Below, piece by piece: positions 8,205-15,540 of a stretch of DNA of 15,826 bases. The number at the start of each line of letters is the position of its first letter. Positions within the stretch are counted from its first letter, which is position 1. Under the pieces are notes generated by a model, which was given only the letters and a program-made list of their open reading frames with translations, did not search any database and had not been told where the DNA came from. Made by a program: the position numbers and the translations under genes. Source of the DNA: Candidatus Thorarchaeota archaeon (GTDB lineage: Archaea; Asgardarchaeota; Thorarchaeia; Thorarchaeales; Thorarchaeaceae); assembly GCA_048882485.1 (NCBI GenBank), contig JBHLRP010000067.1:1-15826 (forward strand), read 5' to 3'.

Positions 8205-8252
8205 TTAAATAATGCCCTGAATGACATTCGTATTCAGTTATCATCGAGGTGA
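8205..8252 (+). promoter_or_regulatory. TATA-like box TTAAATAA (8205-8212) and Shine-Dalgarno GAGGTGA (8246-8252) of the carbamoyltransferase gene
   Basis: GAGGTGA is a typical archaeal SD and lies 5 nt before an in-frame TTG (8258). TATA spacing implies a short leader that contains the SD. Confidence 0.5.
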
Positions 8253-8257
8253 TTAAG

Positions 8258-9232
8258 TTGACACAATCCCTGAAAGGGCGGGACTTCATATCCCTATCAG
8301 ATTTTACCGGTGACGAGCTAATGCAATTCTTGGACACAGCAGCAGAACTGAAGGACAAATTGAAACGTGGCGAGCCACACCAGATCCTGAAGGGGAAGAC
8401 ATTAGCCGAGATTTTTGAATGGCCTTCAACTCGGACGAGAACTTCGTTCGAAGTCGGTATACAACAGCTTGGAGGTCATGGAATATATTACTCGAAACAG
8501 GCGTATTGGAGCAAGGGTGGAGAGGCAATAAAGGACTCAGCACAAGTCCTTTCCCGATACGTGCACGGCATAGCATGGAGAAGCTTCAGTCATGAGGACA
8601 TTCTAGAAATGGCAAAGTATGCTACGGTCCCGGTCATTAATGCTAACTCTGATTTTGAGCACCCTTGCCAGGTCCTAGCTGACTTCATGACCACTCGAGA
8701 GAAAAAAGGGAAGCTAGAAGGCATTAAGACAGTGATTATGTGGACATATGCTGATTTCCCAGCACCAATTGGAATCGTCAATTCAACGATGTTTGCTGGT
8801 GGAAAATTGGGTATGGATGTGGTACTCTCTTACCCAGAAGACTACGGTCCAGAGAAGAAGGTGTTTGATATAGCTGAGAAGGAGGCTAAGAAGTCTGGAG
8901 GGTCTATCACTGTAGTTGAGGATTACAAGGAAGCGCTCAAGGATGCAGATGTCATTCACATTAAGACATGGGCGAAACCCGAAGATTACCGGAGAGGATT
9001 TGATGAATACAAACCTCCTCACGTCCTAGAACCAGAAAAGTACAATCACTGGAAATTGACGCAAGATCTAGTTGACTTGGGAAAGAAAGATGTCATAGTT
9101 CAGCATGCCCTTCCAGTTGTGCGAAAAGTACAAGCAACCGAAGCAGTGCTAGATGGTCCTAATTCGGTAATCTATGATGAGGCTGAGAATCGTTTGCATA
9201 CTCAGAAGGCTGTAATGGCTCTTACCATGTAA
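8258..9232 (+). CDS. Carbamoyltransferase (OTCase/ATCase family) with knotted-clade (AOTCase/SOTCase/YgeW-like) motifs; acceptor substrate probably neither ornithine nor aspartate
   Basis: Carbamoyl-phosphate motifs FEWPSTRTR, WR, HPCQ..AD, HALP, EAENRLH. Has IMWTYADFPAP (Pro-rich loop) and IHIKTWA in place of the OTCase GD..N and DxxxSMG motifs. Start moved from the track's GTG 8249 to TTG 8258 because that GTG lies inside the SD. Confidence 0.88.
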   Translation: MTQSLKGRDFISLSDFTGDELMQFLDTAAELKDKLKRGEPHQILKGKTLAEIFEWPSTRTRTSFEVGIQQLGGHGIYYSKQAYWSKGGEAIKDSAQVLSRYVHGIAWRSFSHEDILEMAKYATVPVINANSDFEHPCQVLADFMTTREKKGKLEGIKTVIMWTYADFPAPIGIVNSTMFAGGKLGMDVVLSYPEDYGPEKKVFDIAEKEAKKSGGSITVVEDYKEALKDADVIHIKTWAKPEDYRRGFDEYKPPHVLEPEKYNHWKLTQDLVDLGKKDVIVQHALPVVRKVQATEAVLDGPNSVIYDEAENRLHTQKAVMALTM

Positions 9233-9338
9233 TGAAACCTAATTCAATATAGCGAGCCATTTGCATGCAGGCCGAATTTGTGACAGCGGGAATTCATGTG
9301 TCTACACACTGAAACGATATTCCATAGCGATCCCAGTA

Positions 9339-10253
9339 CTATCCACCCTCAAACGGAATGCCAAGGCTCTTGGGCTTGCTTTTCCTGACCTTTGGTATAA
9401 AGACCAGAATGCCGATGCTAACAATATATGGCAAGGTCAGTAGTAGCTCGAAGGGAATCTCAGTGGTCAATTGAAGTTGAAACTGGATGCTAATGAAGAA
9501 TGAGAAAATGAGAGAGCCAAATATTGACCAGACCGGGTTCCAACTTGCCAGCTTGATTATAGCGATTGCTATAAAGCCTGCTCCGGATGTTATATTATCA
9601 GCCCATATCCCTGTAGTTCCCAAAGTGTAGAAGCTGCCTGCTAGCCCGCCGAATAGTCCTGATATTATCATACAGATGCATCGGGTACGCGAAACATTGA
9701 CACCAAGCAGATTAGTCCCCCAAGGGTTCTCCCCAACTGCTCGAACCCTTAAACCAAAGGAAGTTCTTCTTAGAATGTACAGAGAAATGATGGCTAGTGC
9801 TATTGCTCCATAGGTCATCACATTCTGATTCATAAATGCGCCAATTATGGGAATCTCAGAAAGACCGGGGATGATGATTGGCTGAAAAGGAGTAACACTG
9901 ACGCCCTCACCGAGCGGATATATTGTTGCCCACCAAAAATAGCTGCTGAGACCTTGTCCTGCAAGCCAGAAACCTATGCCCATGACAGTCTGATCAACTT
10001 TGAGATAGACGGCAAAAATGGACATCACCAGTCCAAAAAGGAATCCCACTACGAGAGCAGCAATGACGCCCACAATAATGTTCTGGAAATATACAGCAGC
10101 CGTAAATCCCACTGACGCACTCACAAGCATAATACCCTCTATGCCAATGTTAAGTACTCCAGACCGCTCTGCATATGCTAGTCCTGTTGCTGCAAAGATT
10201 AGAGGTGTTGCGGCAACGAGCATGCTAATTAGCATAGAATCAACGACCGTCAC
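9339..10253 (-). CDS. Nucleoside/sugar (CUT2, NupC/YufQ-type) ABC transporter permease
   Basis: 304 aa hydrophobic protein. ATPLIFAATG...ERSGVLNIGIEGIML, T.FGLRVRAVGENP, G.GFIAIA, LPYI. AAGGAGG SD; GTGA overlap with the upstream gene. Confidence 0.92.
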   Translation of the reverse strand: MTVVDSMLISMLVAATPLIFAATGLAYAERSGVLNIGIEGIMLVSASVGFTAAVYFQNIIVGVIAALVVGFLFGLVMSIFAVYLKVDQTVMGIGFWLAGQGLSSYFWWATIYPLGEGVSVTPFQPIIIPGLSEIPIIGAFMNQNVMTYGAIALAIISLYILRRTSFGLRVRAVGENPWGTNLLGVNVSRTRCICMIISGLFGGLAGSFYTLGTTGIWADNITSGAGFIAIAIIKLASWNPVWSIFGSLIFSFFISIQFQLQLTTEIPFELLLTLPYIVSIGILVFIPKVRKSKPKSLGIPFEGG

Positions 10254-11344
10254 TCAGCTACCTCCTTCGACCTTGGAAATTGGCGTATAGCATCCATTGA
10301 ACGGCTTATCGCTTGTTTGATTCTGGTCAGAACCTGTTGCCTGTCACGATAGATTCTTCTTGACCATGCTACTGCATGCCTGAAGTTATTCTTAAGAAGA
10401 GAGAAGATAATCACCATGGCCATAATTGTATTGATGAATGTTATTGGTAATCCAGTCCTGATGTTCAAATATTCTCCTCCTGAGTAAAGCATCGAAAAGA
10501 AGAATGCAAATGGTAATACTGCGATGGCATGGATATCAGCCAACATGGTAATCCCAATGCCGATATATCCGTACCCTGGAGAGAAGTCGATAACTAAAAT
10601 GCGAGTTATATTAGTCATTAGGAACACCCCACTCAATCCAGCAATCATCCCACTTATCGCCATGGCAAGCATGACCAATCTATTCCTCTTCATCCCAGCA
10701 TATTCTGCGGCTTGCGGATTCGATCCGAGTGCTCTAATCTCATAACCTATCGTAGTTCTAGTCATAAGAAAGTAGAGTAGGAAGGCTAGAATTAAGACAA
10801 TAAGAGCTCCTGTCAATAAGTCCAAATTGTAGGGTATGGGTAGTGATTGATTTCCTGCTTGTGAGGTGTCCCTAAGAGAACCTTCAGGGCCCACGAAGTA
10901 GCCCGTTATGAAAATGGCTATGTAGTTCATGAAGAGTGTTGTGACAATCTCATCAGCATCGAATTTGATTTTCAGAATTCCTGCTATAATACCCCAAAGG
11001 CCGCCTAATAGAATAGCGGCCATACTGCATACTATGATATTTGCATACGATGGATATAACGTGAAAATATAGGTGGCAGCTAATGCCCCCATGTAGATCT
11101 GCCCCTCTGCGCCCAATGTCCAGATTCTCATTTTGAAGGGAATCACCATGCTCAAGCCGATCAAAACAAAGACAACCCATCTATCCGCAGTGTTGAAAAA
11201 TCCCCAAAGAGTACCAATAGACCCCTGTATCAAGTACCGGTAGACTAGAAGGACATCAAAGCCAACCATAAGACTCAGTAGCCCACCCAAGAAGACAGCC
11301 AATAGGATAGCTAGTCCACTGTATAGATAATTCTCATACTTCAT
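10250..11344 (-). CDS. Nucleoside/sugar (CUT2, NupB/YufP-type) ABC transporter permease
   Basis: 364 aa. LGAEGQIYMGA, ADEIVTTLFMNYIA, TTIGYEIRALGSNPQAAEYAGM, GYGYIGI. ATGA overlap with the ATPase gene. Confidence 0.92.
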   Translation of the reverse strand: MKYENYLYSGLAILLAVFLGGLLSLMVGFDVLLVYRYLIQGSIGTLWGFFNTADRWVVFVLIGLSMVIPFKMRIWTLGAEGQIYMGALAATYIFTLYPSYANIIVCSMAAILLGGLWGIIAGILKIKFDADEIVTTLFMNYIAIFITGYFVGPEGSLRDTSQAGNQSLPIPYNLDLLTGALIVLILAFLLYFLMTRTTIGYEIRALGSNPQAAEYAGMKRNRLVMLAMAISGMIAGLSGVFLMTNITRILVIDFSPGYGYIGIGITMLADIHAIAVLPFAFFFSMLYSGGEYLNIRTGLPITFINTIMAMVIIFSLLKNNFRHAVAWSRRIYRDRQQVLTRIKQAISRSMDAIRQFPRSKEVAE

Positions 11345-12870
11345 TCTCCAGTACCTCGACTTCCTGTAAGCATCATTGCACCCATGTCGTCTATGCTTAT
11401 TTCTGCTGATGGGAAAGCCCCAACTGATGACCCATCGAAAAGGACAACTATCCTATCGCTGAGTTGCTTTAGTTCATTAAGCTCTTCGGATAAAATTAGT
11501 ATTCCAATTCCTTTCTTCTTCAATGCAAGAATTCTTTGCCATACGCTTCGAGTGGTCCTTATATCAAGCCCTGCGGTTGGATTAACGAGAACTAATAGTT
11601 TTAGATTCCGTCTTAGGAATTCCCTTGCAAGCACGAGTTTCTGCGCATTGCCCCCTGATAGACACGATGCAGGGGCATCTATACTTTCAGTTATTACATT
11701 CAGTTCTTCAACGCATTTAGCGGCATGCTCTCTGACAGGAGGTACTGCTATCAGATTCCGCGCCGCATATGTTCGGTCATCATACTCGGTTAATACCGAG
11801 TTCTCTGCCACAGTGAAATCACGAACAAGAGCAACCAGATTGGCACCTTCTGGAACATAGCCTACTCCAGATTTGATGATGCTTTTGGTATTGAGCTTCC
11901 GTATTTCCATTTCATTAATCATGATGGTTCCATTGGTTCCTTTTCTTAAACCAAGCATTGTTTCGACTAATTCCAGCTTCCCTGACTTAGGAGTGCCCGC
12001 CACACCAACAATTTCTCCACCAAATATCTCAAGCTGGAAATTCTTCAACCTAGTTGCGCCTTTATCGTCCTTGCTGGAAAGATTCTGGATAGATAGAATT
12101 CGATCAGCTATTTCTACGGTTGGCCGTTCCACTTCCAGCTCTATTTCTTCACCAACCATTCCCCTTATGAGCTCCTCTCGAGTTAGCTCCTTGGTTGGCT
12201 TTGTAAATATCACCGTCCCTTGTCTGAGAACTGTTAGTGTGTCCGAATAGTCTAGGGCCTCAGATAGCTTATGTGTTGTATAGAAAACGCCTATCCCTTC
12301 CTCCAATAATCTCCGTAGATGGCCGTATAGGGTTTCTGCGTACTGGGGAGGGAGCATAGAGGTCGGCTCATCCAGGATTAGCAGCTTCAAATCACAACAC
12401 AATGCACGCACGACTTCTATCTTCTGCCGTTCAGCGTATGGCAGAAAATCAATATCGCAATCCAAATCAAGACTGTAACCCAATTCCTTCTCCCATCTTT
12501 GCAGAACATGTTCTGCCTCCACAAACGATGGGACCACTCTTCTTGAGAATCTCTCTGTGATTAGCAGGTTTTCTATCGCGTTGAAGATGCCGACAAGACT
12601 GCTATGTTGAGCAACCATCATCATTCCTTTTTTGATAGCATCTCGAGGCGAAGAGAAATCAACAAGTGAGCCATCAACATATATCTCGCCTTCATCGGGC
12701 TCATAAACGCCCATCAAGACCCGCATGAGCGTGGTCTTCCCTGCCCCATTCTCTCCAACCAGTGCGTGGAGTTCTCCCCTCTGAATATCTAGCTCAATCT
12801 GGTTGTTAGCTACAACGTCACCAAAGGTCTTGGTTATGTTTCTGATTTGGATAAAGGGAGGATCGTTCAT
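11341..12870 (-). CDS. Two-domain ABC ATPase of nucleoside/sugar importer (NupA/YufO-type)
   Basis: 509 aa. Walker A GENGAGKT, Walker B LILDEPT, THKL. Second domain has degenerate Walker A (GTPKSGK), YVPE, LSGGNAQK, PTAGLD, SEELNEL. Confidence 0.95.
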   Translation of the reverse strand: MNDPPFIQIRNITKTFGDVVANNQIELDIQRGELHALVGENGAGKTTLMRVLMGVYEPDEGEIYVDGSLVDFSSPRDAIKKGMMMVAQHSSLVGIFNAIENLLITERFSRRVVPSFVEAEHVLQRWEKELGYSLDLDCDIDFLPYAERQKIEVVRALCCDLKLLILDEPTSMLPPQYAETLYGHLRRLLEEGIGVFYTTHKLSEALDYSDTLTVLRQGTVIFTKPTKELTREELIRGMVGEEIELEVERPTVEIADRILSIQNLSSKDDKGATRLKNFQLEIFGGEIVGVAGTPKSGKLELVETMLGLRKGTNGTIMINEMEIRKLNTKSIIKSGVGYVPEGANLVALVRDFTVAENSVLTEYDDRTYAARNLIAVPPVREHAAKCVEELNVITESIDAPASCLSGGNAQKLVLAREFLRRNLKLLVLVNPTAGLDIRTTRSVWQRILALKKKGIGILILSEELNELKQLSDRIVVLFDGSSVGAFPSAEISIDDMGAMMLTGSRGTGE

Positions 12871-12903
12871 AAGAATTCACGATCCTCCATAGATATCTAA
12901 ATC

Positions 12904-13947
12904 CTATGGCATGGTTGTAGTCACAGCTGGCAAAGTGAATGTTCCAGCGTTAATGTCGGCGATGACATCATCGACCATGTCTTGTGCGTCTTGCGGTATC
13001 GCCTCCTCAAGATCGTGGTAAGGAGCTATTCCGGTAGCACCATCTGCTATACCCAGAGTAAGGAAGGTACCTCCAAAAGTGCCATCTAATACATCTTGTA
13101 GTAGAGATGTAAGATACGCATCTCTGATGTAGAGCACACTCGTAAGAATGACAGCTGGTGCTAACTCATACTCGTCCCAATCGTATCCAATGGCATAGAC
13201 TCCGCGAGTCAGACATTCAGCTAATACACCATGGACTAATCCTTGTCCAGTTGCCGCCAAAACATCCGCTCCGGCATCTATGAGTGACGAGGCAGCGGTC
13301 GCACTCTTGACAGCGTCATGCCAATCGCCAGTGAAGAGATATTGTCCTGTCACACTTGCGTTATAGGCTTGAGCTCCAGCCATAAGCATATTGAAGATTC
13401 TTGCATTGTCAGGGAAATCAAATGCGGAAATCCAGCCAATAACTCCTGATGATGTCATAGAGCCAGCTATTATTCCCGCCAGATAGTATCCTTTCCAAAT
13501 GTCCCAAGCCATTACAGATACGTTTCCTGTAGCAGAATCGCTTGTCCATCCGCCACTTCCTATGAAGTATACGTTTGGATAGTCCTCAGCAAGTGTTGCC
13601 ACCGTCCCTTCATACGTCACATCATTGCAGACTAGCACATCATAGCCATCAAGGATGTATGCTTCCGCAACACTTCCAAACTCTGCAGGTCCCACATTGA
13701 AGCTAGCAGAAACCTGTATTGGAGTTTCGGTCGTGTTCAAAGCTTCCGCAACACGTAGAAGACTTTCATGGTTTACTCTTGCCCATGCAAAAGAAAGATC
13801 ACCTGTTTCAATCTGTGCTATTTTGAGAGCTTCGCCTTCTGGAGGAGGTGCCTCCCCAGGAAGGAAGACGTATAGTCCAATGCCAACTGCAGCTATTATC
13901 ACGATAATGACAACAATCGCGCCATACTGTTTCGTGTTTGACAACAA
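12904..13947 (-). CDS. BMP/PnrA-family nucleoside-binding substrate-binding protein with N-terminal TM anchor
   Basis: 347 aa. TM AIVVIIVIIAAVGIGLYVFL. GYYLAGIIAGSMTSSGVIGWISA, FTGDWHD..K, LIDAGADVL, AIGYDWDE, ILTSV. AAGGAGG SD (13953-13959) 5 nt before TTG. Confidence 0.9.
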   Translation of the reverse strand: MLSNTKQYGAIVVIIVIIAAVGIGLYVFLPGEAPPPEGEALKIAQIETGDLSFAWARVNHESLLRVAEALNTTETPIQVSASFNVGPAEFGSVAEAYILDGYDVLVCNDVTYEGTVATLAEDYPNVYFIGSGGWTSDSATGNVSVMAWDIWKGYYLAGIIAGSMTSSGVIGWISAFDFPDNARIFNMLMAGAQAYNASVTGQYLFTGDWHDAVKSATAASSLIDAGADVLAATGQGLVHGVLAECLTRGVYAIGYDWDEYELAPAVILTSVLYIRDAYLTSLLQDVLDGTFGGTFLTLGIADGATGIAPYHDLEEAIPQDAQDMVDDVIADINAGTFTLPAVTTTMP

Positions 13948-13984
13948 TTAAGCCTCCTTGCCGTATACATCGAATTTCCTGTAC

Positions 13985-13997
13985 TATATATCTTTCG
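13985..13997 (-). promoter_or_regulatory. BRE-TATA promoter (CGAAAGA-TATATA) of the ABC transporter operon
   Basis: Purine-rich BRE-like heptamer directly before TATATA on the minus strand, about 38 nt upstream of the TTG; the SD would fall within a short leader. Confidence 0.55.
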
Positions 13998-14017
13998 AAA
14001 ATCCCGATTATTTTCGA
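13995..14017. promoter_or_regulatory. Perfect 8-bp inverted repeat TCGAAAAT-N7-ATTTTCGA, candidate operator
   Basis: Read directly from the sequence; overlaps the BRE of the ABC operon promoter in the divergent intergenic region. Confidence 0.45.
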
Positions 14018-14127
14018 CACATCACCAGCATATTACAGCCCAATATGATACCATCTCAATTAATAGCAATACTTTTAGGCATGATATCAACTATTATTGA
14101 GTTATTTGAAAGATTGAGTTGGAGATT

Positions 14128-15540
14128 ATGGACGTATTCGAATCATTGGTGAAGATTGTAGGAAAAAGCAATGTTACAAAGGACCCAGCAGAATCCTATG
14201 TTTATAGATTTGGACACTGTCCTTCAGGAGACACTTCAGATTTTGGCGGAGCACCAGATATAGTGGTCATGCCTGAAACGGTTGAGCAGGTTTCTGAGAT
14301 TGTAAAATTAGCTAATGAAACAAAAACGCCTATCGTACCAAGAGGGAGCGGTTCAAGCCAATATGGAGGTACAGCTTTTGAAGGCGGAATCACACTGGAT
14401 ATGGCATTGATGGACAAAATACTGAGCATTGATGAAGATAACATGGTGATTGAGGCTGAGGGAGGCTGCAGCGTCTATAAATTAATGCGCGCACTGGATC
14501 AGAGGAATCTCAGGTTTCCAATTTCACCAATATACACATCAGGCCCACAGGTTGGTTCAGCTGTTGCCACAAACATAACTGGATACATGATTTGTAGAAC
14601 CGGGAGGATGGGTGATCTAATCGTAGGTCTGGAAGTTGTTTTGCCCAATGGCGAAGTGGTCACATTGGGCTCAGGTGCCTACAAAGAAGGGTACGGGCAT
14701 TACCATAGGTACACGGGCGGTCCAGATACAGTGGGTCTGTTTGTGAATTCCATGGGTCACTTGGGAGTAATCACAAAGGTTGCCACTCGTGTACTACCTA
14801 AGCCTTTGGAGATATTCATTGGATACGCTTGGCCTAGGGACAAGATAAACGAAGTAACCGACTGCATGTATGAATTGCAGCGATACGGTGTATACGATAT
14901 TTACATGATGGACTGGTGGGGCTTTAGAGAAGCACAGGAGAGGGGAATCCTTTCCATTCCAAAAGACGCATACTTCATAGCAAACATCATGGAAGCAGCA
15001 TTTACTGAGGAAGAACTAGAGATAAGGAGAAGGAAGGTCAAAGAAATTTGCGAGAGATATGGCGGGTCTGATGTATCAGAATTGTCATATTCTCTAATGG
15101 GCCCTCCCAAATGGTCTGCGTGGGATAGCGGATGTTCTCAGGAGTGGGGCGGAAGGAATCTGGTTCCCTATTGGTACAATCCAGTGAAGGCGTTCCCAGA
15201 TGTGTATGAATTGTGGGAGAGACTCGTGAAGAAATACAACTTTTGGGATGAGAAGCATTACGTTGGATGGTTCAGCTGGGCTGACAGGAATACAATGAAT
15301 CCGTATCCTATCGTGAAGGTATATCACGAAGAACTTGACAGGACTGCGAAACTATGGAATGAACTCAACATTGAGTTGACTAAAAGAGGGGCATGCCAGT
15401 ACGCTATTGGTGGCACATTGCCGATAGAGGTAGTGAGAGATTTAGGACCAGCACACAACCTAGTTGAGAAAATCAAGGGACTTCTTGACCCAAATGGAAT
15501 CATGAATCCCAGTCCAATCCTTAGAGGTGATTCGAATTGA
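14128..15540 (+). CDS. FAD-binding oxidoreductase, GlcD/D-lactate dehydrogenase-like (VAO/PCMH fold)
   Basis: PDIVVMPETVEQVSEIVKLAN, IVPRGSGSS..GG, IEAEGG, GLEVVLPNGEV, GPD..GLF...G.LGVITK, KGLLDPNGIMNP. ATG 14128 follows GGAG; the track's start is TTG 14119. Confidence 0.88.
   Translation: MDVFESLVKIVGKSNVTKDPAESYVYRFGHCPSGDTSDFGGAPDIVVMPETVEQVSEIVKLANETKTPIVPRGSGSSQYGGTAFEGGITLDMALMDKILSIDEDNMVIEAEGGCSVYKLMRALDQRNLRFPISPIYTSGPQVGSAVATNITGYMICRTGRMGDLIVGLEVVLPNGEVVTLGSGAYKEGYGHYHRYTGGPDTVGLFVNSMGHLGVITKVATRVLPKPLEIFIGYAWPRDKINEVTDCMYELQRYGVYDIYMMDWWGFREAQERGILSIPKDAYFIANIMEAAFTEEELEIRRRKVKEICERYGGSDVSELSYSLMGPPKWSAWDSGCSQEWGGRNLVPYWYNPVKAFPDVYELWERLVKKYNFWDEKHYVGWFSWADRNTMNPYPIVKVYHEELDRTAKLWNELNIELTKRGACQYAIGGTLPIEVVRDLGPAHNLVEKIKGLLDPNGIMNPSPILRGDSN

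Noticed and set aside
8258-9232. Calling this argF/arcB (ornithine) or pyrB (aspartate) carbamoyltransferase
   Set aside because: No DxxxSMG/HCLP (OTC) or HPLP/R.Q.ER (ATC) motifs and no arginine genes nearby. An N-acetylornithine transcarbamylase role is disfavoured by context but not excluded.
11341-12870. Degenerate signature in NBD1 and degenerate Walker A in NBD2 as signs of pseudogenisation
   Set aside because: Normal asymmetry of two-domain CUT2 ATPases; the ORF is intact.
1962-15327. Remaining 60-160 aa ORFs overlapping the long genes
   Set aside because: They lie antisense or out of frame, wholly or mostly within well-supported CDSs, or across promoter regions, and show no family motifs.
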